Of a stretch of DNA of 64,000 bases, positions 24,901-35,692 are shown one piece after another. The stretch comes from Catajapyx aquilonaris (lineage: Eukaryota): NCBI GenBank assembly GCA_000934665.2, contig KZ538223.1, positions 1-64,000 of the forward strand. Reading direction: 5' to 3'. Made by a program: the position numbers and the translations under genes. Position 1 is the stretch's first letter; the number at the start of each line of letters is the position of its first letter. Under the pieces are notes generated by a model, which did not search any database, was not told where the DNA came from, and saw nothing but the letters and a program-made list of their open reading frames with translations.

Positions 24901-25744
24901 CGCGGAACTGCGGCATCTGAACGGACTCAGCGGACCACGCAGTCCGGCTGGGGACGCCGATGCTGATGGCGACCCGGACGTCGATGGCGATCCGGATGCG
25001 GACATGGGCGGCACCGGATCGGATGCGTCCTGCACGTCCGAGCAGGAAGAAGCGTACCCGATGCGGCAGCCCCAGCATATGTACCAGGCACCACCGGAGT
25101 CACAAGACGCAGGTACAGCCGACAAGGAGGAAGAACGGACAGAGGAGTCTGAACCGGAGGATGACGAACCGGAGGAGTCTGAAGCGAAGGTTAAAGAAGA
25201 GGTGGATGTGGAGTCGGTACCGTGCGGTTCGCCCTCGCCGGTACCGATGCCCAAATCGCCACCACTTCCAAGACCAGACAGCCCGTCTGAATGTGGCGGT
25301 CCACCACCAGGACCGTTGGTACCGCGGTCCGGTTCGCCCCCGGGTGTTGAGCGACTCGGGTTTCCTCTGGTGTCCAACTCAATGTTCAGTCACAGCATCA
25401 TGTACATGGCGCACTACGTCCCTGGACTCGGGGTGGGAGTCGGGGGCGGCCCCGGGGGAGTCGGAGTCGGCGGAGGACACCCGCCGTCTGCACCTCCTCT
25501 GGCACTGTGCGAGGAGCGACGCAAGAGGAACCGCACCTTCATCGACCCTGTGACGGAGGTGCCGCGACTGGAGCAGTGGTTCGCACTCAACACGCATCCT
25601 TCGCACAACCTGATACTCAAGTACACCGAGGAGCTCAACCGCATGCCGTACCGACAGAAGTTCCCCAAACTGGAGCCGAAGAACGTTCAGTTCTGGTTCA
25701 AGAACAGGAGGGCCAAGTGCAAGAGGCTCAAGATGGCGCTCTAA
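12706..25744 (+). CDS. dve: Defective proventriculus (Dve)-like SATB/Compass-class homeobox transcription factor; spliced, 5'-incomplete. Exons 12706-12918, 13446-13572, 13662-13764, 20533-20721, 23362-23481, 24788-25744
   Basis: All six exons have AG acceptors, the five internal introns are GT-AG, and phases join in frame (about 569 codons). The translation includes GKSIPVHCVVE and KNWKPLSF...TVGDILGELTTVATLRI (Compass/ULD-like), plus two homeodomains: KTRMRTSFDPELELPRLQKWF...VVYWFKNARAAQKR and RRKRNRTFIDPVTEVPRLEQWF...VQFWFKNRRAK. The first exon found starts in phase 1, so the ATG exon lies upstream. Confidence 0.93.
12968..13087 (-). mobile_element. Fragment of a Helitron-like non-autonomous family (also 29812-29920, 37757-37895, 41365-41503)
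   Basis: Shared cggac(n)tttccct…gtgcca(a/c)gtt…gttaggtagcccggacata. The other copies end in a terminus reading (on their own strand) atc…tataaa(t/c)ggga(a/g)(a/g)gttt plus a TGTA/TGTT microsatellite, resembling insect Lep1-type Helitron 5' ends. Confidence 0.6.
13446..13572 (+). CDS. dve: dve coding exon (AVVIKNWKPLSFDKISDNPDMTVGDILGELTTVATLRIQVMR)
   Basis: ttccag acceptor, gtgagt donor at 13573; phase 1 to phase 2. Confidence 0.92.
13662..13764 (+). CDS. dve: dve coding exon (PKNTSEAEVKEKLLRLLLTHSYTLLLGNGCPLDE)
   Basis: Polypyrimidine tract plus cgcag acceptor, gtaagt donor at 13765; phase 2 to phase 0. Confidence 0.92.
14180..15050. repeat. Diverged tandem array, about 5 units, possibly related in reverse complement to 3815-4405
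   Basis: gaacccc(g/t)agaaaatc(c/t)gctcgaacacg(g/t)agagaacttctcagcttc recurs; 14185-14270 is duplicated at about 14640-14710. Confidence 0.75.
14867..14946. mobile_element. Small MITE-like insert, related to 31233-31333
   Basis: gggtggaattttcgtcccact terminus matches the inverted end agtgggacgaaaattccacc at about 31313-31332; internal ctgctaacttagca / tgctaagttagcag dyad. Confidence 0.6.
15622..15935. mobile_element. MITE-like element carrying an internal (TTAGG)n array
   Basis: Inverted termini ctgtggggacat / atgtccccacag, with further internal tgtggggaca/tgtccccaca copies. Confidence 0.6.
15748..15877 (+). repeat. Interstitial (TTAGG)n, the arthropod telomeric motif
   Basis: About 25 pentamers, mostly TTAGG with a few variants. 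Confidence 0.92.
17415..17935 (+). repeat. Cluster of AACGAACGTTATTGTGGCTTTG modules; dispersed copies near 1490 (-), 2497 (+) and 19120 (-)
   Basis: The motif occurs 6-7 times locally within larger duplicated blocks. Confidence 0.8.
19270..19374. repeat. 22-bp minisatellite (GAATAGG(T/C)GTGTATCCGCTGAA), about 5 copies
   Basis: Read directly from the sequence. Confidence 0.93.
19644..19871. mobile_element. Tc1/mariner-type MITE, family shared with 28561-28862
   Basis: Inverted gtcgtactggtggcgccacgagccgatgg / ccatcggcttgtggcgcctcaagtacgac; right end aatgtccagcactg|ta. Confidence 0.7.
20533..20721 (+). CDS. dve: dve coding exon (GTLARLCKG...EVKRKFDQWY...HPALQ)
   Basis: ttccag acceptor, gtcagt donor at 20722; 189 nt, phase 0/0, GC-rich codon usage. 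Confidence 0.88.
20845..21105. repeat. CAA/AAT-rich minisatellite (CAAAAATAATTCAACAAGTGCAC-like)
   Basis: Three near-perfect 23-mers at about 20872-20950 with degenerate flanks. Confidence 0.85.
23362..23481 (+). CDS. dve: dve coding exon, N-terminal half of homeodomain 1
   Basis: atacag acceptor, gtgacg donor at 23482; encodes SVQSQYPTHKTRMRTSFDPELELPRLQKWFSENQHPSRHQ. Confidence 0.92.
24788..25744 (+). CDS. dve: dve terminal coding exon: rest of homeodomain 1, acidic/Pro-rich linker, homeodomain 2, stop
   Basis: tgccag acceptor; IQQYVRELNALESRRGRKPLDVNNVVYWFKNARAA...VQFWFKNRRAKCKRLKMAL then TAA. Confidence 0.95.
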   Translation: MQQYVRELNALESRRGRKPLDVNNVVYWFKNARAAQKRAELRHLNGLSGPRSPAGDADADGDPDVDGDPDADMGGTGSDASCTSEQEEAYPMRQPQHMYQAPPESQDAGTADKEEERTEESEPEDDEPEESEAKVKEEVDVESVPCGSPSPVPMPKSPPLPRPDSPSECGGPPPGPLVPRSGSPPGVERLGFPLVSNSMFSHSIMYMAHYVPGLGVGVGGGPGGVGVGGGHPPSAPPLALCEERRKRNRTFIDPVTEVPRLEQWFALNTHPSHNLILKYTEELNRMPYRQKFPKLEPKNVQFWFKNRRAKCKRLKMAL

Positions 25745-25847
25745 AAAGACTGTGCGTGCGGCTTTTTGTGTGGTGGTCGCGTAGCTGGGGGGGAATTCCC
25801 GGTATTGAGGGTAGAAAATGCGCATGCGCAGGGTGATCGGGGGGTAA

Positions 25848-26712
25848 GAGATACTCCGGAGCAAAATGTTTCTTCCACATTGCTCGGTAGCAGAGGTCAG
25901 ATTTTACCCACAGGGAAATAACATTGCCCACCATTTATGAATGAGCCTAGTGGGAGGGGGGGGGGACGTAATATCTTACACCGGATTATTTTACTTCAGA
26001 GTAACTTACACCAAAGTAACTTACTCCCGAGTAACTTACACCGGAGTATTTTACTCCCGAGTAACTTACACTGGAGTATTTTACTCCCGAGTAACTTACA
26101 CTGAAGTATTTTACTCCAGAGTAACTTACATTGGAGTATTTTACTCCAGAGTAACTTACATTGGAGTATTTTATTCCAGAGTAGCTTACACCGGAGTATC
26201 ATACTTCGGATTTCCTCCGCATACTCCACCTTGCCATCACGGGAGTATCTTTATGAACGACCCTATAGTTTGGAGAGTATCGTAACATCTTACACCGAAG
26301 TATCTTACTCGGGAGTAACTTAGTCCGGAGAAAATAATTTCTTCTACATACTCTATCTTGGAAGAAGAGGTCAGAGCTTATTCAGGAGGGAGTAATTTAA
26401 CCCACCATTTATGAAAGAGCCTAGCTAGGAGTAACGTGACATTTTACCCCGGAGTATCTTACGCGCGAGTATCTTACTCCGGAGCAAAGTATTCACCCCA
26501 CTTACTCCATCTCGTAAGATCTTAACCAGAAGTATTTTGACCCACAATTTATGAATGAGCCTACCGAGTAGTGACGTAACATCTTGCTCCGGAGTAACTT
26601 ACTCCAGAGCAAATAGTTCACCCCACTTACTCCATTTCGCAAGATCTTACCTCGTGAGTATCTTTACCCACATGAATGAGCCGAGTGATTTGCTCCGGAG
26701 TAACTTACCCCA
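25848..26712. repeat. Dyad-rich 15/30-bp minisatellite downstream of the dve stop codon
   Basis: GAGTAACTTACACCGGAGTATTTTACTCCC occurs about 7 times at 25975-26210; higher-order blocks begin ccca(c)…tttatgaatgagcct. Confidence 0.9.
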
Positions 26713-28056
26713 CTCCTTGAGATTAACAATGAAACGACGCGCATTTTTTTTAAACCCTCACTTCTCTTGCGCTGGGCTCGACTTACGCCCAAATTTACTT
26801 GCCCCTACAAGGTGCTGTCAAAAATCCCGTAGCATCGCATGCTCCAAAGATGTGTTTCATTCTGACCCTCCCTCGATTGGTATTGTTCATAGTCATAGAA
26901 CCTTCCTCCGTGGTAGTCAACTATGAGATTCTTAAATGTAGGCCATGCAATTTTATTTACTGACCAATGTACTGACCAATTTGTTTGCGCCTCGTGTCAA
27001 AGTATGTTGTAAACCAGATTTTGTTTTTAAAGCAATGATAATTAATTCCATGAGTGTTGTTGTTGATGTCAGAGGCGCCCGAAGTTTGTCACGAATTTTT
27101 TAACGTACTTTCCGACGATTCCTGTCACTTTTCTCCGTGACACAACTTACGATACACCCAGTACAATGACGTTAAAATTTTAATTGGCAACACTTGCTGA
27201 CTGTATGTGGTTTTTTACGAGCTCAACCGAGTGCGCACCCTCACTCGCGCAACTCGTCTATTGGCCAGGGCCCTCTAAGGTTCGTTACAGAGCCTTGGCA
27301 ACGTCGCAAACGTCGGCCATTTTGTTTCCTCCCAAGCGTAGCGTTGTAAATAAGTGCAGGTCTTCTTTACCAGTACGCCCACTATACAGAGAGTTTACCG
27401 GCTATCATTGATAATTCCAACCGTGCTGGCTGCGCGAACAGTAGTGCGCACTGGGTAGCGCTCTTGAAAAAAAAAAAATCATCTATAGCCATCCATGTTG
27501 ACCAAATTGGACCGATTTTCCCCCCAAATTAACAGGGTGCTTCCGAAATATGTTTTTAAAATCGTGTGTATGCGGTTAATCACGGTAATAGAATATAATA
27601 TTTGTATAGTGTCATGTTACTATCCGCCCTCGTTGTTTCCCAACCAATTAATTTTTGTTCCGACTTGTAACTTTGACACGGGGTCAGCTCCAATGACCCA
27701 AATCTATATATTATTAAACCGGCGGTATTAGAGTACCTGATTTTTAAAATCCTGAGTTTTAACGCCACCCCCTTGGATGTTGACTGTACAAATTGTTGTG
27801 GAATTAACTGTGTTATATGTTTGTAAATGACTTTCTTGCTTCGAACCTGTTGTTTTTTTATTTAAATTTCTTTTTCTGTTTGTGCGTGCAAATTTTACAC
27901 GGGAATGAAGACAAAAATAGTGGGACTCTTGTTCTCAGAGTGCGGGCCACAGACATTTTTAAAATGTGGGTACGCTTTCGTTTCCAATTATTGTATATCT
28001 CATCTCTGTACCTGGTAGATAACGTTGTTCATGTCAGAACAAAAATATGTACAGAA

Positions 28057-28062
28057 AATAAA
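28057..28062 (+). terminator. Candidate dve polyadenylation signal (AATAAA)
   Basis: AATAAA at the end of an AT/TG-rich stretch (about 26900-28080) with many TGTA motifs, typical of a 3' UTR. Implies a UTR of about 2.3 kb. Confidence 0.45.
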
Positions 28063-28560
28063 TTACAGTACTTAAATGTGCAACATGGATTTTTCATATC
28101 TACATAAAGACCCTGAAATTCATAATGCCTTATTTGAATGACACTTTAAAAAACGATATGAGTCGCCCTTGTTTCCTTATGTACATCTCTATACCTGTCT
28201 TCCCAAAATGGCCACAACAACTCTTAACATCATCTCCCAAAGACCCAACATTTGGAGACGGCGTCGGTGGCGTCCAAGTTGCCCTTAATGGCGGAAATAA
28301 ATCTTTTTCCTTCCTTCCTTTCTCCCCAACCCATAATCCAATCCTAAGATTTCCACCCAAAGCTTCCGATCCGAGGGAGGAAAAAAAAACGGCCCCTGAT
28401 CCTGTTAAGGCAACGACGCATCTCGACGCCTACAAACGAACAGAAAAAGGAAAGTCAGAAACGATTCTCAAGGTGTTAGTCTCCTGCACACTTTTAAAAA
28501 GAAATCCCTCTAGGGACCACACCTTTAGGAGTGAACAAAGAGAGCTAACTGTCAAATGTA

Positions 28561-28862
28561 CAGTGCTGGACATTAATCGTGTCGTACTAGTGGCGCCACG
28601 AGCTGATGACGGGTAACTAGCATTCCCTCCCATATGACCGCCTTCACCGCCCTATAACTACTGCAGGAGGCGTATACTCATCCAGGTCACTCGCAATCGA
28701 CTTTGTCGATTGCGAGTGACCTTGATGAGTATACGGCTCCAGAAGGCGGTCGTATACGGATGGAAAATTTCGATCGAGTGAAGGTGGCCATCCACAGGCA
28801 ACTTTAGATTCGCTCTTTTGCCGCAATCGACTCGTGGCGCCACAAGTGCCACACCCATGTAC
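28561..28862. mobile_element. Tc1/mariner-type MITE with a central near-perfect hairpin
   Basis: ta|cagtgctggacattaat…gtggcgccacgag left end, ctcgtggcgccacaagt right arm; homologous to 19644-19871. Confidence 0.7.
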
Positions 28863-29811
28863 ATATCTAACTTTTTCGCCCAACATTACACGACTGTACC
28901 ATCTTCGTAGAGGAGCCGACAAGAAGATGTTAATCACAAGTGCATCCTGCTGGAGACCACCCCCCCCCCCCCNCCCCGAACTCTAAGGACGTCGTCATGT
29001 CAACGTAATGAGCTCAAGAGCCGGAGATGAAAAATATCCGGCATCCGGACGAAAGCGGCGATCAGGAATATAATGAATGCAATCCGATTTTTCCAATTAA
29101 AAAGAATCCCAAGCCCACCTCTCTCTCTCTCTCTCCTCCCTCCCCCACCCCCTCGATTCGTCCCATAATAAGACCTATTCTGGCTTAAGCCTTTAACGGC
29201 CATGAATAATGAAGAAGGCGGGGTTGAGTGGGTGGGGATGAGGAGTGCCAAAGGTTACTAAGCCTTACGAAAACGATTTTTTATTTCTTTGCCATTTTTG
29301 GGGGATTTTTTTTTCAGGCTCTCTGAAAAACCTGAAGTCTTACCTTTTTCGTATATTCCAGAAGCAACGCAACGTTTTCGAAATCACTGATGTGTACAGT
29401 ATGAATGTGTACACGATAGTAACATGATCTTGTTAATTATTGCAAATGACGAGTGTCATCCTTACTGTGTAACATCCTTGTCTCTTATAAACACGATTAA
29501 AATTCATATTTTCACTGTAAGAAACATTCTCGAAATGTTCAGTTCTCTATCTTTCTCTCTTCTTTTTCTTCGTCTTCTTCCCCTTCCCCTCTTTTCCCAT
29601 TGGATTTATGAGGAGACCCACACAACCAACACTTTATACCCTCCCCTTTCCCCCCNCCCCCCCCCGCAATAATTTTCTGGGCGTATTCCCGTCGCATTTA
29701 TCCCCCCATAATGCTCAGCTGTTTATTGATTTAAAATTTTTGGAACCACCCTATACATGGAATGAGTTAATAACTGTTTGCACTATAGAAGAAATAAATA
29801 AAAATATATAA

Positions 29812-29920
29812 ATGATGCTTACAGTATAAATGGGAAAGTTTCTCTGTATGTTTGTATGTTCCGGCTATCTAACCCACTTTCGGATTCTGACATTGCTGAA
29901 ACTTTGCACACTCATCCGTC
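29812..29920 (+). mobile_element. Helitron-like family copy in the opposite orientation
   Basis: atgcttacagtataaatgggaaagtttctctgtatgtttgtatgttccggctatctaacc…gaaactttgcacac is the reverse complement of the 37757-37895 copy. Confidence 0.6.
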
Positions 29921-31232
29921 AATTGATGTGCGAAGAACGACTTCCGCTGCCAGTAAATGATAAACACAGTAGTAATAAAGTAATAACAATTAATGAGAAT
30001 TTAATTTTTAATGTTTTGAATTAATAAGTTAAATCGAACTGAATTAAGTTTTAATTATGAGGAAGCGCCCATATACGAACAGTTTTTCACTTTTTCGTCT
30101 CAACCAATCAGTATATGCACCAAATGTACACGCCTACCACCAAAATCCACCAATTCTAACCTTACAATATGCGCGCTAATTCCACGTGTAGAGTATTACT
30201 TCTCCTTTTTTTTCCAAATTCCAAGAAAAATAATACAAATAGAAAAAAAATCCCTTCTTAAATCCCAGGCATCTTATCGTCATGCAACCTTTTCATTTTA
30301 GAAGTGGAAAGCAAACAAGAGTCCTGGAGATGAGACTTAGCCTTATGCCCTTCGGAGCCTTCCGGGTAGTATATAGAATGGGTGGGTAGGGTGGGAACGA
30401 ATCATAAGATCAGTACAAGACATACTATGTGGGTGCTTTTGGTGGGCTTGAAATGTATACAGTAAATAGCAGTGGAAAACGGCGGAAAGGCAAAGGAAAC
30501 GAACCAAAAAAAAAAACGTCTTCCAACTACTGGGTAAAGACGGATTACGCCCCATTCCAACCATGCAGTCCCTATAGCCAAAGTCGACGACAACAATAAG
30601 GAGAGTACCAAAAAAAGAGTAGGAGAGATACAGAAAAATGTATATAATAAAGCCTGCTGAGAACCTGAAAAGTGTATGTGAAAAGCCTCCAAGCCGGACC
30701 CCCCTTAATACTCGTGTAAACAGGGTGGTGCGCTGCTACAGTGATGAGAAGTTTGGAAAAGCAAACAGTTTGTAACAATCTCAAGTTAACGACCTGTTGC
30801 ATGAACGCAGATTAGGGAAAATCTCCCCGATTATGTATATAGCGATTCACAATCGACAATCCGGCATAATAATGTGAGATTTTCTATAGTATATACTAGC
30901 TCCTTAACAATTTGCGGTCATTTCGGTTAGAGTACAAATTCAGGTTAAAATCTCAGATAATGGCAGGTATCTGCATAATCTATATTATCTCATAAGCTAT
31001 AAAGTTACATTATTGTAACTATACTAAGGGTGGAATATCCTTCTTCTAAAGTTAGTAGAGCCTGCTGCAAGTCCTAAATATACCTTATATTCATATATGC
31101 AATAATGGGCTAGAAATTAAGAGTCATATTGGTTTTAAATAATTTTAAGATTACAATTTACGTGATGGCTAAAATTTTAGTGACAATCACTATAAGTTAA
31201 AAGGTCGGGTTTCCAACCTTCAACTAAAGTAC

Positions 31233-31333
31233 GGGTTGAATTTTAATCCCACTGCTAGTTACTGCTAACTTAGCAGTGCCACTGCCAACATTGGTACCGG
31301 CTACTAACCAGCAGTGGGACGAAAATTCCACCT
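31233..31333. mobile_element. Small MITE
   Basis: gggttgaattttaatcccactgct / agcagtgggacgaaaattccacc inverted termini. Confidence 0.6.
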
Positions 31334-31467
31334 GAAGTTTTTAACCGTTGGAAGTACGGTGATAAGTGGCAGTCTGTAGCTAAAATAATATTAACTAAGA
31401 TTTGTTACTAAAACAGCTGATTTTCACTTTTGTACGGAAGCTAAGAATAAGGTGAACTTTTAACTGT

Positions 31468-31621
31468 GGCTTGTTTCACCGAGCTCAGTATATTATAAAT
31501 CCGAGTTTATTTTCGGACAAATCCTCAGTTTTCATTATCGACAACAATGGTTGCTATCTTTGGCGAATCTAGCTTATAACCGAGGTTCTAAGGTATGCTG
31601 AGCTCGGGTGAAACCGGGCCC
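31468..31621. mobile_element. PIF/Harbinger-like MITE
   Basis: ggcttgtttcaccgagctcag / ctgagctcgggtgaaaccgggccc inverted ends, followed by taa. Confidence 0.55.
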
Positions 31622-33125
31622 TAAATATTTTATGCAGTTTTTTTAAAAAATGTGATTTGTTTGAGGATTTTTTTTGGCTGTGCTGCACATTTTTCTTGAA
31701 CTGAGACAGTGCACCACCCTGTACTTACTTGTTAGAGGAAAAGCATTAAACTGGTCGAGTTGACTCCAGCCGAGCCCCGCTTTTGATCAGATTAAGGCAC
31801 AGTGGACGTTACGAGGGTTGGATAGGATGGGAGGGGGGAGGTATTATACACATCAGGGACATCTCTCCCCCCCAAAACCATTGGTCTTTATTCACCTGAT
31901 TTTCCTCACGACCTACTGCCCACTATATCTTGCTCAAATAATAAGGGACTTGGCAATGTCGAAGCATCAGGTATAAGGTGCACAGATTCAAGGGGGAATT
32001 CTGACGATTGCTGGACCACAGGTAAAGGGGTACAGAGCATGGACCCAAAGCTTGGGAGAATATGGCCAAAGCTCTCAGGAGAGGACAACTTGCTGCGTTT
32101 CCTGATTGATCCCTGTTAAATGAGCGAGGGAGTTAATGAGGGCACGCAAAAACCCTTCAAAGTGCTGGGTAAGTAAGCCCGGACACAGGCCTAAAACCGG
32201 CTAGACCTATTAGGCGACCTAGAGGGGATAATAAACAGTTAAGTTTTCGTCATTCTATTAACATTAGCAGTGACTAATAAGGCCAGATTTTTGTTAGTAG
32301 TTTGTAGTAAAGTTATATAGTAAAAAAGAAATAGTCGAATAGTTAGAACTGATTTTTTTCTGACAAATTATTATGAATATAAAAATATCAAGGTTATGAT
32401 ACATGCCATATTTGGATAATATAATAATATAGAAGTGATTCGATTGAAGCGGAGTAATTATACGCAGCTTTATTGCGTTATGCAGTTATATGGATATATG
32501 CAAAACGCAGACGTAATGAACTAGAAACTCTAGACAAGCCTGCAATCCGATTTGGAGCTCATGCTGTACTTAGCTGCGGATGACGTTACATAGAGTGCAA
32601 TGTACAAAAAAACACACATCCAGCCTAGCAAGTGTTTTTAATTATTTTGCATTAAGTATAGCTTAATGAAATAATGCAATTTTTTTTGCACAACTGTGCC
32701 GTATAGTTAGAAGAGCCCAATTAATTTGCAACAATAGTTTCCTTGGTGTATTATAGTGTGCTGCGATTCCAGCTGATCTCCTAATTTAAAATGTTTGGGC
32801 CACAATCTAAACCTGTACATTATCGTTAAGTCACTCATTGTTAATCTTCGTGCACAGTACTTCTCATTATGATTCTCATTAGTGTCATTGCAACATGCGT
32901 TAAAAATTATAATAAGTTTAGCCAACTATTCAGCTCAACAATTCTTTATCATGAGTAAAGAACGGATTTTTAGGATCTTTTAAAAAAACCAAAAAGGTAG
33001 GCATTTACGTCCTGAAAACTGTCAAAATAGGTTCTTAAATAGACAGTAAAAATCAAGCAGGTTCTAATTTATTTTCATTCTTATAATATACAAGCTGGCC
33101 ATGGATTTTGTAGCACATTAACCGC

Positions 33126-33245
33126 GACATTTACAAACTAGCAGTGTAGTTCCATATTTTCGCGCATTTTAGTTGGTTAGTAGGCTACTAACCAACTAAA
33201 ATACGCGAAAATATGGAACTACGTACTGCTAGTTTGTTTAATGTC
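33126..33245. repeat. Near-perfect palindrome with arms of about 55 bp
   Basis: acaaactagcagtgtagttccatattttcgcgcattttagttggttag / ctaaccaactaaaatacgcgaaaatatggaactacgtactgctagtttgt. Confidence 0.9.
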
Positions 33246-33249
33246 TCTA

Positions 33250-33828
33250 GAACCAAAATATATCTATCAGTTCGTAACACAAGGATGTATAGAACCTAAA
33301 ATAGCCTATTTCGGGGGTTGGAACCTAAATGACCTATTAGCGCCTATTTTCACATGTTTTGACGCCGTTCTGTAGGATTTTCTAGAGTTTTTGAGGGTTT
33401 TCCGCTCACCCCCTCCCACTTCAACCTGTGAAGGTCGAAGAAGCTTGTCTATAGAAGACTTTTCTAGTATAATCCATTCGTGTGACGGTGAAATGTCATA
33501 TTCAGTGTGTAATAGTAGGCGACGAGACGCTTGTCTGGCTTGTGTCTGTCAATACATGTTTACATACTGAATATGACATTTCGACGTCACACGAACTGGA
33601 TTATACTAAGAAAAGTCTTCTATATAGACAAGCTTCTTCGACCTTCACAGGTTGAAGTGGGAGGGGATGAACGGGAAACCTTCAAAAACTCTAGAAAATC
33701 CTACAGAACGGCGTCAAAACATGTGAAAATGGGCGCTAATAGGTCATTTAGGTTCCAACCCCCGAAATAGGCTATTTTAGGTTCTATTAATCCTTGTGTT
33801 ACGAAGCGGATGGATAAATTTTTGGTTC
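33250..33828. mobile_element. Long fold-back element, arms about 260 bp, spacer about 47 bp
   Basis: 33250-33512 is the reverse complement of about 33560-33828, with scattered mismatches. Confidence 0.85.
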
Positions 33829-35169
33829 GGGTGTTCCGCCTACAGAATAAAAAAGTATAGTTAAAAACCTAGAAATACGTTCTCTAATCACGAGTAATAA
33901 AAAAATTATTCCAAATTATAATAATTTTATGCCCAAAATCACTTCAATTATGACCAGTTGCAAAATTTTGGTAAAGCAAGATGTGAAAAATTTGTGGGAA
34001 AATTATGTAGCAAATTCCCAATTTTCAAGCCAGCAGATGTTTAATTTGTCATCTGATATTATTAGGAACAATTTCAATTTTAAATTAAGGATGTGCACCA
34101 CATAATAAAGTCTGGAAGGGACCCTTTTTGTGAAATATGGGAATGAACTGAGATTTATTTTCACAAGATTTTTTAACCATTCACAATCAAACTTCGCGAA
34201 AAACCAAAGCCCCAAAAATTCATTCCAGGTTCACACATAGGTCGCATCCTTTTCTTTTCCTCAACTTCGTACAAAAAAAACACCCCTCCACCCCCAACCC
34301 TCCCATATTCTCGAAGAAAAAAAAACTCAAGTAAAACGGATCCGGAGCGATCTGTTGAGGGAACCTCAGTTGACTTGACTCGACAGCGATTTGGGCCCCC
34401 TCTCGCATTACTTGCTGGTGCTGAGGATTGAATTTTCTTGAATTCTCCTACTTTTTTTCTTCTTCTTCTTCGTCTTCTTCAGTTCCTTATCCCCACCTCC
34501 CCCAGCCCCCATCTTTTTTTCTCCCTCCCCATGTACCCCACCCCTCCTTATTCATTTTCCTTGAAAATAGGAGGATTGAATATTTAAAAGACCGTCGTGG
34601 GAGGGCAAAAGAGGCCCATTAGGAAGGATTTCAGGAGGATTTTTCGGGTCGGAAAAATGATTTCTGTCCGTGCGATGAGTAAAGTTGCCAGGTAAACATC
34701 GCAAAGTCGCTTTGTTTCGCTTCTCTGCGCCGGAGATTTTTGTTTATAATCCCACGCCGGACTTCTTTTTTTATAATACTGTATAGGATATTAATACTCC
34801 TCCCCCTCCCACTTCTTCCTTTCTCTGGTTCAAAATTTTTCCTCGCCTACTTAGGTCGGTTGGGTTAAATCAGGGGCCGGCTCAGGGCTCAAAATATGCG
34901 TCGCAATTTCCTACCCCCAGGTATTAGCGCTTCAAAAAAAAGTTGTAAGAAAGAGATTGGCGCAAAACACTGACACAAACAAGGTACGAGTTTTTTTTTA
35001 AACTGATGTTATGCCGGTTGGTTTTGTGTATTCAGTAAGCCACGATGCGAAGGTTTTTGGAAGAGTCGAAGAAAACTTGAAAATCTAAATAAAAGCTCGT
35101 GTGAGCCGCAGAACGCATTGGGTAGGACACATGCCATCAATTAAAATCGCTGTAAATAGAGCCTGAGGA

Positions 35170-35692
35170 AGGTTAGGTTATGTCAGGTTAGGTTAGGCAA
35201 TAATTAGGTTGGGCTGGGTTAAGCTAGCTTGGGTTCAAAGGTGATTGTTATGATAGGTTAGGCTAGTATAGTTTAGTATAGGTTAGTATAACCTAACCTA
35301 TCCTATCCTATCCTAACAATAACTTTTTAACCCAAGTTAGCTTAACCCGACCCAACCTAATATTGCCTAATTTTATAGGATTGTTTTTAGGATAGGTAAG
35401 CATAGGTTAGCATAGGTTAGCATAGGTTAGTATAGGTTAGTGTAGGTTAGTATCTATACTAACCTATCTTAGGATAGGTTAGTGTAGGTTAGTGTAGGTT
35501 AGTATCTATACTAACCTATCCTAGGATAGGTTAGTGTAGGTTAGTGTAGGTTAGTATAGGTTAGGATAGGTTAGGATAGGTTAGGATAGGTTAGGATAGG
35601 TTAGTGTAGGTTAGGATAGGTTAGTGTAGGTTAGTATAGGTATATTAGGTTAGGGTTATGGTAGGATACGATATGGTAGGTTAGGTTCGGTT
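35170..35692. repeat. TTAGG-derived pentamer satellite (TAGGT/TAGGA/TAGTG/TAGCA) with an inverted segment at 35195-35368
   Basis: Decamers such as taggttagtg and taggttagga recur; aggcaataattaggttgggctgggttaagctagcttgggtt pairs with aacccaagttagcttaacccgacccaacctaatattgcct. Confidence 0.85.

Noticed and set aside
24845..25864. Antisense and alternative-frame ORFs of 77-197 aa over the last dve exon
   Set aside because: Expected shadows of a GC-rich coding exon.
25941..26285. ORF with repeated VTYTGVFYSR units
   Set aside because: Translation of the 30-bp minisatellite; no splice or homology support.
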